Of a stretch of DNA of 64,000 nt, positions 36,821 through 47,700 are shown in pieces. The stretch is taken from contig CASFBF010000010.1 in assembly GCA_949292985.1 (NCBI GenBank), forward strand, positions 13,485 to 77,484, in the 5' to 3' direction. This stretch comes from an uncultured Bacillota bacterium. Lineage in GTDB: Bacteria; Bacillota; Clostridia; Christensenellales; UBA1242. Under the pieces are notes generated by a model. That model did not search any database. It saw nothing but the letters and a program-made list of their open reading frames with translations, and was not told the DNA's origin. The first letter of the stretch is position 1. Each line of letters opens with the position of its first letter. The position numbers were made by a program, and so were the translations under genes.

Positions 36821-37028
36821 CTTATATCCTCGACACATGTTATATGATGTATTACAAAATAAGTATACCATTCATGCGATAAAAAAGCAAACTAAAACAC
36901 ATTTGCAAAATAAAATTTTTTAGAATTTTTTATACATGCTTTTTTCAGTTGATAACTTTTTTACATGTTGCACGTAATTTTTAAAATACCGTATTAAAGA
37001 CAAATTAAAACAATCATAAAACACAATA

Positions 37029-38039
37029 TTAAATTGCATACAAAACTATTTCCGTAGGGTATAGTTCTGAACCAAAATTTCTCAAATAAAATTTATAATT
37101 TTTATTGTATAAATTTATAAGTCGAGCTATTTGAAAATAATGTTCGTTTTTATGATAAATTGAAATCAAAAGTTTTGGTTTATCTTTCATAATATGTTTT
37201 TTGCAACCTTTTAACGCACGCAATTCATCACCTTCTATATCCATTTTTATCATACTAACTTGTTGTTTGACATCATCATCCAAAGTTACGCATGCTACTT
37301 TTTCACTTCCTTTTAAAGCGGTTCTATTGGCAGAAACATCTTGAAAATTTTCATCTAAAAAAATATTTGAGTTTTTATCTCTTAACCCTGCATGTCGCAA
37401 AACGATATTATTGTAAGAATTCAAATTTTTATTTAAAACGGGAAGCATATTTTTGGTAATTTCATAGCAGAATATTTTTTTATAGCAATCTTCCCCATAA
37501 CAATTTATTAAATCCAGCGTTGTGTCTCCCACATAAGCGCCTACATCAACGAAAACTTCATTTTTGCATTTAGGAATAATATCCAAATCAAAATAATGAT
37601 ATTGTTGCGTAGAGAGAGATTTTTTTAAAGAAGTAAAATCATAGTACACCCAGTTCCTAATAATTGAATACAACAAAAACTTAGAAGTATAATCTTCTAA
37701 CTTTTTATATAGCCAAATAAAATCATTAATGTGAGTTTTTAAAACTTTGGCTTTAAGTTGAATTTCTGTATAATCATCTAAATTTTGTGAAAGGGTTCCC
37801 CAAAAAGTAAATCTTTTAAAATAATCTTCAAAAATTTTTTTAAAATGTTCTGGCAAAAACAAATAGTTTCTTTTAATTTTTTGAAAAAGTTCGTCTTGGG
37901 TTAAACTTTTTATTTCGTTTGTCAACTTATAAAAATTTTTATCAATATAATTCATACTTACTCCACAAAAAAGTTTATTCATATTTAATAAAAAAGTTGA
38001 ATTTTTTGTCGAAAAGTATTGACGAATGTTAAAATTCAT
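37029..38039 (-). CDS. FkbM-family SAM-dependent methyltransferase
   Basis: Contains VDVGAYVGDTT (SAM-binding loop), …VTLDD… and IKMDIEGDELRALKG, all typical of FkbM-type methyltransferases. The start is uncertain, with several in-frame ATGs. Confidence 0.65.
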   Translation of the reverse strand: MNFNIRQYFSTKNSTFLLNMNKLFCGVSMNYIDKNFYKLTNEIKSLTQDELFQKIKRNYLFLPEHFKKIFEDYFKRFTFWGTLSQNLDDYTEIQLKAKVLKTHINDFIWLYKKLEDYTSKFLLYSIIRNWVYYDFTSLKKSLSTQQYHYFDLDIIPKCKNEVFVDVGAYVGDTTLDLINCYGEDCYKKIFCYEITKNMLPVLNKNLNSYNNIVLRHAGLRDKNSNIFLDENFQDVSANRTALKGSEKVACVTLDDDVKQQVSMIKMDIEGDELRALKGCKKHIMKDKPKLLISIYHKNEHYFQIARLINLYNKNYKFYLRNFGSELYPTEIVLYAI

Positions 38040-38047
38040 GATATATT
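38019..38047 (+). promoter_or_regulatory. Sigma-70 promoter positioned for a leaderless small-ORF transcript
   Basis: TTGACG (38019..38024), 17 nt, TATATT (38042..38047), 6 nt, ATG 38054. Confidence 0.4.
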
Positions 38048-38053
38048 ATTTAT

Positions 38054-38233
38054 ATGGAAAACGAAGTTATTTTTACAGGAAGATTTAATAATCGTAAAGG
38101 ACACAAGTATGATGCAAAAATGAATGCTAGGCACGCCGACTATCAAAAGGAAGGTTTCAAACAAATTGCAGCATACAAATCTAAACAGGTTAGTTTTAAC
38201 CCAAATAAAAACAATCCTGAATTTACAAGATAA
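38054..38233 (+). CDS. 59-aa basic small protein (below the track's length cut-off)
   Basis: My own translation gives MENEVIFTGRFNNRKGHKYDAKMNARHADYQKEGFKQIAAYKSKQVSFNPNKNNPEFTR. It is bracketed by a promoter ending 6 nt upstream and a strong terminator starting at the stop codon. Confidence 0.4.
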   Translation: MENEVIFTGRFNNRKGHKYDAKMNARHADYQKEGFKQIAAYKSKQVSFNPNKNNPEFTR

Positions 38234-38257
38234 ACTCGCACATAATGCGAGTTTTTT
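38233..38257 (+). terminator. Rho-independent terminator
   Basis: ACTCGCA-CATAA-TGCGAGT followed by T6. It lies inside the track's N-terminal extension of dapB. Confidence 0.7.
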
Positions 38258-38270
38258 CATATATAACAAT

Positions 38271-38948
38271 ATGAAAATTGCACTCATTGGGGCAAACGGC
38301 AAACTGGGCAAAGCCGTTTGCGAAATTTTAGAAAAATCGCATGAAATCTTTAAAATAGACATACAAGACGGCGACTATACATATATCGAGCAAATTGAAA
38401 AGGTGCCAGATGTTATAGTTGATGTTTCTTGTGCCGAGCAATCAGTTTGCAGTGCTAGTTTTGCTAATGTTCTTGAAATTCCGTTAGTGATTGTCTGCAC
38501 AGGCCATGACAGCGAACAACTTGATAAAATTCAAAATACTAGTAAGAATATTCCAATATTTTTAGCATATAACATGTCAGTTGGCATGCAAGTATTTAAA
38601 AATGTTGCGGAATATGTGGCAGAAAATTTTGAAGGTGATGTTCACATACACGAAATCCATCATAAAAACAAAAAAGATGCGCCAAGTGGCACAGCCTTAG
38701 AATTAAAAAAACTGTTGGATAGTAAAAATCCAACGGTATCATATGCTCGTGGTGGAAACATTGTTGGCGAGCATGAAGTTGATTTTTTTGGCGAAAACGA
38801 AACAATCACCCTAACTCACACTGCTCTATCACGAACCTGTTTTGCTGAGGGTGTAGCAAAAGCAACAGAGTGGATTGTTAAACAGCCAAACGGACTATAC
38901 AATATGCAAAATTTGGTTAAAAAAACCGAAGAAATACAGTTAAATTAA
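38271..38948 (+). CDS. dapB: 4-hydroxy-tetrahydrodipicolinate reductase
   Basis: Starts MKIALIGANGKLGKAV (NAD(P)-binding GxxGxxG) and carries the DapB signature EIHHKNKKDAPSGTAL. The start at 38271 follows the upstream terminator. Confidence 0.85.
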   Translation: MKIALIGANGKLGKAVCEILEKSHEIFKIDIQDGDYTYIEQIEKVPDVIVDVSCAEQSVCSASFANVLEIPLVIVCTGHDSEQLDKIQNTSKNIPIFLAYNMSVGMQVFKNVAEYVAENFEGDVHIHEIHHKNKKDAPSGTALELKKLLDSKNPTVSYARGGNIVGEHEVDFFGENETITLTHTALSRTCFAEGVAKATEWIVKQPNGLYNMQNLVKKTEEIQLN

Positions 38949-38949
38949 C

Positions 38950-39366
38950 TTACTCACCAATAATTTTAATCAAAACATGTTTTTGACGCTTCCCATCAAA
39001 TTCATAATAAAAAATTTGTTCCCAAGTGCCAAAATCAAGTTCGCCATTTGTGATTGCAACAACAGTTTCCCTGCCCATAATTGTTCGTTTAAGATGTGCA
39101 TCGGCATTATCTTCAAAACCATTGTGTTTATATTGTGAATAAGGCTTTTCTGGTGCAAGTGTTTCCAGCCATTTCTCATAATCCTGATGCAAACCAGACT
39201 CATCGTCGTTTATAAAAACACTGGCAGTTATATTCATGGCATTTACAAGCACCAACCCTTCTTTTATGCCACTATCTTTAACTGCTTGACGCACTTGATG
39301 CGTTATGTTTACAAGCCCACGCCTTGATGGAACATTAAACCAAAGTTCTTTTCTGTAAGATTTCAT
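38950..39366 (-). CDS. YjbQ/UPF0047-family protein (secondary thiamine-phosphate synthase-like)
   Basis: 138 aa with typical family blocks (…[17 protein letters not shown]…, …NADAHLK…, …[14 protein letters not shown]…). GGAGA SD. Confidence 0.8.
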   Translation of the reverse strand: MKSYRKELWFNVPSRRGLVNITHQVRQAVKDSGIKEGLVLVNAMNITASVFINDDESGLHQDYEKWLETLAPEKPYSQYKHNGFEDNADAHLKRTIMGRETVVAITNGELDFGTWEQIFYYEFDGKRQKHVLIKIIGE

Positions 39367-39416
39367 AATTATCTCCTATTAAATTTTAACAAAACTTGAT
39401 TATAAAGTGCAAATAT

Positions 39417-39445
39417 TTGACACAAGTTTGACAGATAATTATAAT
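39417..39445 (+). promoter_or_regulatory. Perfect-consensus sigma-70 promoter positioned for a leaderless RNHCP mRNA
   Basis: TTGACA (39417..39422), 17 nt, TATAAT (39440..39445), 6 nt, ATG 39452. Confidence 0.55.
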
Positions 39446-39451
39446 TTTAAT

Positions 39452-39766
39452 ATGAAAACATTTAGTAATCTTGACGAAGGTTTTGTATGTGTTGTGTGCG
39501 GAAATAAAGTTGAACCGCTGAAATATTCTTCACGCGACCATTGCCCAAACTGCTTATGTTCTTTGCATGTTGATATAAATCCAGGTGACCGTCTTAATGA
39601 ATGCAAAGGAATAATGAAACCCATCTCCATCACGCAAAACAGCAAAAAAGGATATATCATTCAATATAAATGTCAAAAATGTGGACAAGTTCACAACAAC
39701 AAAGTCGCTGATGATGATAATTTTAAAACCATTCTCTCGGTATCAAATGGCAAATATAATTTTTAA
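39452..39766 (+). CDS. RNHCP-domain zinc-ribbon protein
   Basis: Contains CVVCGNKV…SSRDHCPNCLCSLHVD…CQKCG, the RNHCP signature with a four-Cys pairs layout. The track's GTG start at 39407 lies upstream of the promoter. Confidence 0.7.
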   Translation: MKTFSNLDEGFVCVVCGNKVEPLKYSSRDHCPNCLCSLHVDINPGDRLNECKGIMKPISITQNSKKGYIIQYKCQKCGQVHNNKVADDDNFKTILSVSNGKYNF

Positions 39767-39775
39767 GGTGAAAAT

Positions 39776-40315
39776 ATGAAAATATTAAATAAACAAGACA
39801 GTTTTAACCAAATAAAAAAACTTGGACTTAACAGAGTCCCAGAGATAATTGCATCAAAAGACGATATATCAAAAGTGGAAGATTTTTTGAACAAAAATCC
39901 AGCACCTGTTTATGTTATTCGCGATGTAGAACACGCAATGGGGAAAACATATTTTGTAACTAGCAAAGAAGAATGCATAAAAAAAGCAAAAACCTACCCT
40001 TCACTATTTTCACTTGCCGTATCCATTAAATCATATCCCGACAGAATTTTAACAGGCGACATATTTGTAAGTGGCGACAATGTTGAACTCACCTATTCGC
40101 TTTCTCCTGATGGTACACATCGAGATCTTGACAAATCGCTTTATGGCTCGCTTGATGAAGATGCGCTGTGGTCTATTCCAGGTTTCAGCGATTTGATAAA
40201 ATATATTTCAGATAAAAATTTATTTGACATTATTGTAGAATTCGCAGTATATAGAAATAAGGTTGGAACGAACAAAGAAAAAGTGCTTATTACTGAACTG
40301 AGAAGCGAATATTAA
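39776..40315 (+). CDS. Hypothetical protein (179 aa)
   Basis: GGTGA SD, 9 nt after the preceding stop. No family recognised. Confidence 0.5.
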   Translation: MKILNKQDSFNQIKKLGLNRVPEIIASKDDISKVEDFLNKNPAPVYVIRDVEHAMGKTYFVTSKEECIKKAKTYPSLFSLAVSIKSYPDRILTGDIFVSGDNVELTYSLSPDGTHRDLDKSLYGSLDEDALWSIPGFSDLIKYISDKNLFDIIVEFAVYRNKVGTNKEKVLITELRSEY

Positions 40316-40328
40316 AATAAAACATTAA

Positions 40329-40354
40329 AAGAGCGCAAAACTACGCTCTTTTTT
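40329..40354. terminator. Bidirectional terminator between convergent genes
   Basis: AAGAGCG-CAAAACTA-CGCTCTT flanked by A- and T-runs. Confidence 0.7.
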
Positions 40355-41078
40355 ATCTTTCAAATTGATTATCAACTGATTGAGTTATGTATGTTTGTGG
40401 CTCTATGTTGCTTTGAGTTGATGCAAGTTGTTTATGTTCGCTAACAAGAACTGCTGTTGTAACTACTGCACCCAAAACTACTGCGCCCATTAAAATAACG
40501 CCTAAATCTTTTAAAGCCTCTTTTGGATTGGCAGGAATTGGAAGATTGCGCGTCCTTACAACATAATCATACTTAGATTGTTTAATCCTTTCACGAATTT
40601 CATCTTTATGCTGATTATAAATATTAGTAAAACGTTCTCGATCAACGACTAAATATGATAATATTTTGTTTTCGCCATAATTATCATCAACTCTGTAATT
40701 TGTTTGCACGCGCACAGGTTCTTCTTGCGCACAATAGTAAATTACTTTTCTATGAAAAACAACTTTGTCTTTACCAAACGCAAACAAAACTGCATCTTCT
40801 TTTGCAACAAATTTATTTTCCGAATCATAAAAATAAATATGAGAATTAGAAACATTTTGTTGGGTTATTGTATACACTAATCTTTCATTTTCATTCTGAT
40901 ATTGAGAATGTAAATCAAGAAATTCTTTTATATCCTGTAAATCATCTATAATATAATTTTTAAATAATTTTTCAAAATCTTGTGAAGTTATTTCAAAATT
41001 ATCAAAATAATGTCTACCTAACATGTCCGCATATTTACATTGATAATACATCTTTCTATATTGATTTTTTGCACTCAT
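40353..41078 (-). CDS. Hypothetical C-terminally membrane-anchored protein
   Basis: ATG 41078 is preceded by GGGTGGG. The protein is 241 aa with a single TM near the C-terminus (LGVILMGAVVLGAVVTTAVLV). Confidence 0.5.
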   Translation of the reverse strand: MSAKNQYRKMYYQCKYADMLGRHYFDNFEITSQDFEKLFKNYIIDDLQDIKEFLDLHSQYQNENERLVYTITQQNVSNSHIYFYDSENKFVAKEDAVLFAFGKDKVVFHRKVIYYCAQEEPVRVQTNYRVDDNYGENKILSYLVVDRERFTNIYNQHKDEIRERIKQSKYDYVVRTRNLPIPANPKEALKDLGVILMGAVVLGAVVTTAVLVSEHKQLASTQSNIEPQTYITQSVDNQFER

Positions 41079-41134
41079 AACCCACCCTTTTACAATATAA
41101 ATTATAACATTGTAAGTACCACATGTCAATATGC

Positions 41135-41165
41135 AAAAAAAATCGCTTAAAAAGCGATTTTTTTT
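41135..41165 (-). terminator. Bidirectional terminator after rpoC
   Basis: A-run, AATCGCTT-AAA-AAGCGATT, T-run. Confidence 0.7.
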
Positions 41166-41170
41166 ACATT

Positions 41171-44100
41171 TTATCCAACATTTTCATCTTTAACAACAAC
41201 AGGCATAACTTCACGATACTTTTTAACACCTGTACCTGCTGGAATAAGTTTTCCGATGATAACATTTTCTTTAATTCCAGTAAGATTATCAACCTTGCCT
41301 TTAAGCGCTGCATCTGTCAAAACTCTTGAAGTTTCTTGGAAAGATGCTGCTGAAAGGAATGATTCTGTTGAAAGAGATGCTTTTGTAATGCCCTGCAAAA
41401 TTCTTTTTGCAGTTGCAGGAACTCCACCCTCTTGAAGAACCCTGTTGTTTTCCTCTTCGCACTTGTAAGTGTCAACAAGTTCACCTGGAAGAAGGTTTGT
41501 ATCACCAGAAGATTCAATTTTAACCTTTCTAAGCATTTGTCTAACGATGATTTCAACGTGCTTATCGTTAACACCAACATCTTGGCTTCTGTAAGCGCCA
41601 ATAACTTCGCTAAGCAAATACTCTTGCAAACCTTTCAAACCTCTCAATCTTAACAAGTCAGTTGGATTGCATGGTCCTTGTGTAAGTTGGCTACCAGGTT
41701 CAACTACATCACCATCTTTAACAGCAAGAACAGCAGGTTTTTTAATTTCATATTCTTCATCACCTTCCTTAGAAGAAACAGTGATGATGTAATATTTTTG
41801 GTCTTGTTTAATTTTAACTTTTCCAGCAACTTCGCTAAGCACGCACTCGCCCTTAGGTTTTCTTGCTTCGAAAATTTCTTCAACCCTTGGCAAACCTTGT
41901 GTAATATCGGCTGTAACAGCGGAACCACCAGAGTGGAAGGTTCTCATTGTAAGCTGAGTTCCTGGTTCACCGATGGATTGAGCAGCAATAATACCAACTG
42001 CTTCACCAACCGTAACAAGATTTTTACCAGAAAGATTTCTTCCATAACATTTTGCACAAACACCATGTTTGCATTTACATGTAAGAAGTGAACGAATTTG
42101 AACTTTCTTAATGCCTGCTTCTTGAATTTGAGCGGCTTGTTGTTTAGAAATCATTTCGTTAGATTTAACAATAACTTCCTTAGTTTTAGGGTCAACTATA
42201 TCATCAACAGCAACTCTGCCATAAATTCTTTCTGCCAAAGTTTCTTGAACATTTCCGCTGTGGCTTAAATCGCTAACCCAAATTCCTTTAACTGCTTCAC
42301 CATTATCAGCAAAGCAATCTTCGCTGGTAACAACAACATCTTGTGCAACATCAACAAGTCTTCTTGTAAGGTATCCAGAATCGGCTGTTTTAAGAGCAGT
42401 ATCCATAAGACCTTTTCTTGCACCTCTTGCAGAAAGGAAGTGTTCAACAGGTTGCAAACCATGAATGAAGTTGCTTCTAACAGGAATGTCTATTTTTTGT
42501 CCTGATGCGGCGGTTTTAAGACCAACCATACCACAAACAGAGTTTAATTGTTGTGCTGAACCACGCGCCCCAGAAACAATAATTGTTTTAAGAGGGTTTC
42601 CATCTTTAAGTTCGTCCAAAGCCTCGCCTTCAAGTTTCTTTTGAACAGCAGCCCAAACTTCAATATTATTATCAATTTTCTCATCATTTGTGATAAGTCC
42701 ACGCTTGAATAGTTTTTCATTTTCAAGAACTTTTGCCTCTGCCTCTGCTAGATATTCTTTCTTATGAACAGGCTCTGTGCCGTCGAAAGCGTTGATTGTG
42801 TTTGCAATAAGTGTTGAGAATTTATATCCTAAATCTTTAATTTTATCAATTAAAACAGAGCAGTCTGTTGTTCCCATCTTATCGTATGCAAGTGCAATAA
42901 TGTTTTTAAGGTCTTTCTTACCAACTGTTTTATTGATTTCAAGTTCGCAATAATTTTCAGGATTTGTTCTATCTAAAAGCAATCCTTCTGGAATGTTTTG
43001 GCTGAAAATTATTCTACCGATACTTGTTGGAATGCGTTTTGAATAGGTTTTTCCATCAACTGTTTTTGTAATTCTAACTTGAATTTGTGCTTGGATATCA
43101 ATAACATTTGTTTGATAAGCAATCATAGCCTCTTCAATAGAGTTAAATATGCTGTTTTCACCTTTCTTTCCAGGCAAAATTTGTGTCATTGAATAGCAAC
43201 CAAGAACAACGTCCTGTGTAGGTGTAACAATAGGTTCCCCATCTGCAAGTTTCAAAATATTGTTGGAAGCAAGCATAAGTGTTCTTGCCTCTGTTCTTGC
43301 GTCAATAGAAAGAGGAACGTGAACAGGCATTTGGTCACCGTCGAAGTCGGCGTTGAAAGCCGTACATGATGATGGGTGAAGTTTGATTGCTCTACCCTCA
43401 ACAAGCACAGGTTCGAAAGCCTGAACAGACAATCTGTGAAGTGTTGGCGCACGGTTAAGAAGAACTGGGTGTTCTTTAATAACTTCATCAAGAATATCCC
43501 AAACTATTGGTTTTTCTCTTTCAATCATGCGTTTAGCACTTTTGATGTTGTTTGATTTATTAAGTTCAATAAGTCTGTTAATTATGAAAGGCTTAAATAA
43601 TTCCAAAGCCATTTCTTTTGGAAGCCCGCATTGATACATTTTAAGTTCAGGACCAACAACGATAACACTTCGTCCAGAATAATCCACACGTTTTCCCAAA
43701 AGGTTTTGTCTGAAACGACCTTGCTTTCCTCCAAGCATTGAAGTAAGAGATTTTAAATCACGCTGTTTAGAACCTTGAACCGCTTTACCTCGTTTTCCGT
43801 TATCAATCAAATTGTCAACGGCTTCTTGCAACATACGCTTTTCGTTTCTGATAATAACCTCAGGAGCGCCAAGTTCCATAAGTTTTTTAAGACGGTTATT
43901 TCTGTTGATAACACGACGATAAAGGTCGTTAAGGTCAGAAGACGCATATCTTCCACCATCAAGTGGAACCATAGGACGAAGGTCAGGTGGAAGCACTGGA
44001 AGAACATCAAGAACCATCCATGTAGGGTCGTTGCCACTTTTCAAGAATGATTCAACAACATCCAACTTTTTGATGGCTTTGATTCTTCTTTGCCCTTTCA

Positions 44101-44695
44101 TTGTAGGCAAACCACTTTTAAGTGCTTCACTTTCTTTTTTAAGGTCTACTTGGGAAAGAAGTTTTTTAATTGCCTCAGCCCCCATGCCAGCCTCAAAAGA
44201 GCCATAACCATATTTTTCAACTGCATCACGATATTCTTTATCAGTAATGATTTGTTTATAAACAAAATCGGTTTTCTTAGGGTCGATAACAATATAGTTT
44301 ACATAATAAACCACTTGTTCGAGTGCTTTTGGAGTTAGGTCTAAAAGTGTTCCAATTCTTGAAGGAACAGATCTAAAATACCAAATATGTGTCACAGGAG
44401 CAGCAAGTTCTATATGACCCATCCTTTCTCTTCTAACCTTTGCACGAGTAATTTCAACCCCACATTTATCACAGACAACGCCACGGTAACGAATGCGTTT
44501 ATATTTACCGCAGTGGCATTCCCAGTCTTTTCTAGGTCCGAAAATTTTCTCGCAAAAAAGACCGTCCTTTTCAGGCTTCTGTGTACGATAGTTGATTGTC
44601 TCAGGCTTAGTTACTTCACCATGGCTCCATTCTCTAATTTTTTCTGGTGAAGCAATGCCTATTCTAATTGAATCGAAGTTATTGAGTTCAAACAT
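41171..44695 (-). CDS. rpoC: DNA-directed RNA polymerase subunit beta'
   Basis: 1174 aa with the catalytic NADFDGDQM motif and an N-terminal zinc-binding CHCGKY…CDKCG. Confidence 0.97.
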   Translation of the reverse strand: MFELNNFDSIRIGIASPEKIREWSHGEVTKPETINYRTQKPEKDGLFCEKIFGPRKDWECHCGKYKRIRYRGVVCDKCGVEITRAKVRRERMGHIELAAPVTHIWYFRSVPSRIGTLLDLTPKALEQVVYYVNYIVIDPKKTDFVYKQIITDKEYRDAVEKYGYGSFEAGMGAEAIKKLLSQVDLKKESEALKSGLPTMKGQRRIKAIKKLDVVESFLKSGNDPTWMVLDVLPVLPPDLRPMVPLDGGRYASSDLNDLYRRVINRNNRLKKLMELGAPEVIIRNEKRMLQEAVDNLIDNGKRGKAVQGSKQRDLKSLTSMLGGKQGRFRQNLLGKRVDYSGRSVIVVGPELKMYQCGLPKEMALELFKPFIINRLIELNKSNNIKSAKRMIEREKPIVWDILDEVIKEHPVLLNRAPTLHRLSVQAFEPVLVEGRAIKLHPSSCTAFNADFDGDQMPVHVPLSIDARTEARTLMLASNNILKLADGEPIVTPTQDVVLGCYSMTQILPGKKGENSIFNSIEEAMIAYQTNVIDIQAQIQVRITKTVDGKTYSKRIPTSIGRIIFSQNIPEGLLLDRTNPENYCELEINKTVGKKDLKNIIALAYDKMGTTDCSVLIDKIKDLGYKFSTLIANTINAFDGTEPVHKKEYLAEAEAKVLENEKLFKRGLITNDEKIDNNIEVWAAVQKKLEGEALDELKDGNPLKTIIVSGARGSAQQLNSVCGMVGLKTAASGQKIDIPVRSNFIHGLQPVEHFLSARGARKGLMDTALKTADSGYLTRRLVDVAQDVVVTSEDCFADNGEAVKGIWVSDLSHSGNVQETLAERIYGRVAVDDIVDPKTKEVIVKSNEMISKQQAAQIQEAGIKKVQIRSLLTCKCKHGVCAKCYGRNLSGKNLVTVGEAVGIIAAQSIGEPGTQLTMRTFHSGGSAVTADITQGLPRVEEIFEARKPKGECVLSEVAGKVKIKQDQKYYIITVSSKEGDEEYEIKKPAVLAVKDGDVVEPGSQLTQGPCNPTDLLRLRGLKGLQEYLLSEVIGAYRSQDVGVNDKHVEIIVRQMLRKVKIESSGDTNLLPGELVDTYKCEEENNRVLQEGGVPATAKRILQGITKASLSTESFLSAASFQETSRVLTDAALKGKVDNLTGIKENVIIGKLIPAGTGVKKYREVMPVVVKDENVG

Positions 44696-44729
44696 AACTT
44701 TCTCCCTTTTATATCTCTAAAACTATAAA

Positions 44730-47700
44730 TTATTCGTCAAAATCTCCAAAATCATCGAAGAGGTCTGCTGTATCAATTGCTGATGAAGATGTTTCTTCTT
44801 CATAAGATTTTTTAACTTCATCTTCCTCTTCATCTGTTTTTTCAGCCTCTTGCTTTAACAAATCGTCAAAATCAAGAGAAATGTCATCAAAATTGTGTTC
44901 TGCTTCAATTGGAGTGATGTGTTCATCTTGTTCGTCCATAGAAAGTTCATTGATTGAAATTTCTTGGTTTGCCTCAGTTAAAATCTTAATATCCAATCCC
45001 AAAGCCTGTAATTCTTTTACAAGCACTTTGAAAGATTCTGGAATTCCAGGCTCTGCAATAGGTTGTCCTTTGATAATTGATTCGTAGGTCTTGGTTCTTC
45101 CAGTGATATCGTCTGATTTAATTGTAAGCATTTCTTGCAGAACATGGCTTGCGCCGTATGCTTCAAGTGCCCAAACTTCCATTTCACCAAATCTTTGTCC
45201 ACCAAACAATGATTTTCCTCCAAGAGGTTGTTGAGTGATAAGTGAGTATGAACCGATTGAACGAGCGTGAATCTTGCTGTCAACCATGTGTTCGAGTTTA
45301 AGCATATATTTATAACCAACGGTTGTAAGGTTGTCAAAAGGCTCACCTGTTCTTCCGTCATAAAGTTGAACTTTTCCGTCTGCTGGGAAATTATTGCTTA
45401 CAAGCAATTCTTGAATTTGGTTGATGTCTGCTCCATCGAAGTCAGGGGTAGCAATCTTCCAACCAAGCGAGCCAGCAACAAGTCCTAAGTGAGTTTCAAG
45501 CACCTGACCGATATTCATTCTGGAAGTAACACCAAGTGGGTTAAGAAGAATATCAAGTGGTTTTCCGTTTGCCATGTAAGGCATATCATTTTCAGGCATG
45601 ATAATTGAAACAACACCTTTATTTCCGTAACGACCTGCCATTTTATCACCGACAGAAAGTTTGCGTTTTTGAGCGATTGTAACTCTAACCATCATGTTTA
45701 CGCCGGCGTCAAGTTCGTCTTTATTTTTCTTTGAGAACACTTGAACGTCAACTACAACACCTTCTTTACCGTGTTTAACACGAAGTGAAGTGTCTCTAAC
45801 TTCTCTTGCCTTATCACCGAAAATTGCACGAAGAAGTCTTTCTTCTGGTGTAAGTTCTGTTTCACCCTTAGGAGTAACTTTACCAACTAAGATATCTCCC
45901 GATCTAACTTCTGCACCAACACGGATAATTCCGTTTTCGTCCAGATTTTTAAGTGCCTCTTCACCAAGGTTTGGAATATCGCGAGTGATAACTTCATCAC
46001 CAAGTTTTGTATTTCGGCAATAAACTTCTTCTTCCTTTAAGATGATTGTTGTGTAAACATCTTCTTTAACAAGTCGTTCGTTAATCAATATAGCGTCTTC
46101 GAAGTTATATCCTTGCCAGTTCATATATCCTACAAGGATATTTTTACCGAGAGCAAGTTCGCCGTTATCACAACCGTAACCATCATAGATTACATCGCCT
46201 TCTTTAACCTTTTCGCCTTTTTTAACACAAGGTTTTTGGTTGTTACAGGTTTCTGCGTTGGTTTTTTCAAATTTTGTAAGAGGATAAATATCTTCGTCGC
46301 CATTTTCAGTTAAAATTCTAATTTCATCAGCACTTACATATGAAACTGTTCCTGCTCTCTTAGCAAGTCCAAGTGCCCCGCTATCTCTTGCTGCACGATA
46401 TTCCATCCCTGTTCCAATAATCGGTGCTTCTGGTCTAAGCACAGGCACAGCCTGTCTTTGCATGTTTGCACCCATAAGCACACGGTTAACTTCGTTTGAG
46501 TTAAGGAATGGAATGAGTGCACTTGCCACTGAAATATATTGACGTGGGGAAACATCAACATAATCAATTTGGCTTGCAGGCACTTCACCCATAGACGCGC
46601 CATGTCTTGCCATAACACGCTTGTTAATAAATCTGCCGTTTTCATCAAGAGGTTCAGTTGCTTGTGCAATGTAAGCCTTATCCTCTATATCAGCCATTTT
46701 GTATTCATATTTCTTTGAAACAATGCCTGTTGCTTTATCTACTGGGCGGTAAGGTGTTTCAAGGAAACCATATTCGTTAACTTTAACATAAGTAGCAAGT
46801 GTGTCGATAAGACCAATGCTTTGTCCTTCTGGGGTTTCAATTGCGCATATTCTTCCATAGTGTGTGTAGTGAATATCACGAATTCCCACATCGGCACGCT
46901 CTTTCTTTACACCACCAGGGCCCACAGCGGAAATTCTTCTTTTTTGAGAAAGACCAGAAAGTGGGTTGTTTTGGTCCATAAGTTGTGAAAGTTGGGATTG
47001 TGAAACAAAGTCTTTAAGTGCTTTGTTGATAGGTTTTGGATTGATAATCTGAGAAGGAGTAACTTCACTAAGTTCTTTACCCTGCAAAGATTCTTTAATA
47101 TTTGTAACAAGTTTTTGAACGCCAGAACGGAATGCTTTTCCAAGAAGTTCACCAACTGTTGAAAGGCGTTTATTTGAAAGGTGGTCCACTTTATCATAAG
47201 TTCCAACACCTTCAAGGCAATCAAGATAAACACTGATTGTTGCAAGTATATCATCCATAGTAAGAGTGGTTACTATTAAGTTTTTAGCATTTTCCTTAAT
47301 CGCTTCAAGACGCTTTTCTTTTGTCTTGTTTTCTTTCATAATTTGCATAAGGGTTGGATAGTAAACTTCCTCAGTAATTCCAAGTGCTCTTTCATCGCAA
47401 GGAATAACAGCCGAAAGTCTAACTCTGTTATTTCCCCTCATAAGATGTTTTCTTCCGTTTACTTGAATCCAAACTTCGTTTACACCAGCATCTTGAATAA
47501 TTCTAGCCTTTTCCTCTGAAATAATTTCACCTGCTTTAACAATCACTTCATCTTTAACAGCGATATTTTCAGCAGCAACAAGTCCAGGAAGTCTGTTTGC
47601 AAGGGCAAGACGGTTGTTAAACTTAAATCTTCCAACATTTGCAAGGTTATAATAAGCATCTGTAAAGAAGAAGGCATTCAAATAATTTCTAGTAGATTCA

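Noticed and set aside
38124-38270. N-terminal extension of the dapB ORF in the track (274 aa)
   Set aside because: The extension reads through a strong intrinsic terminator (38233..38257) and overlaps the better-supported 59-aa frame. The DapB homology starts at MKIALIGANG (38271).
38036-38362. 108-aa minus-strand ORF
   Set aside because: It overlaps the dapB start, the terminator and the small-ORF unit on the opposite strand. It has no SD, and its hydrophobic low-complexity product is typical of antisense frames in AT-rich DNA.
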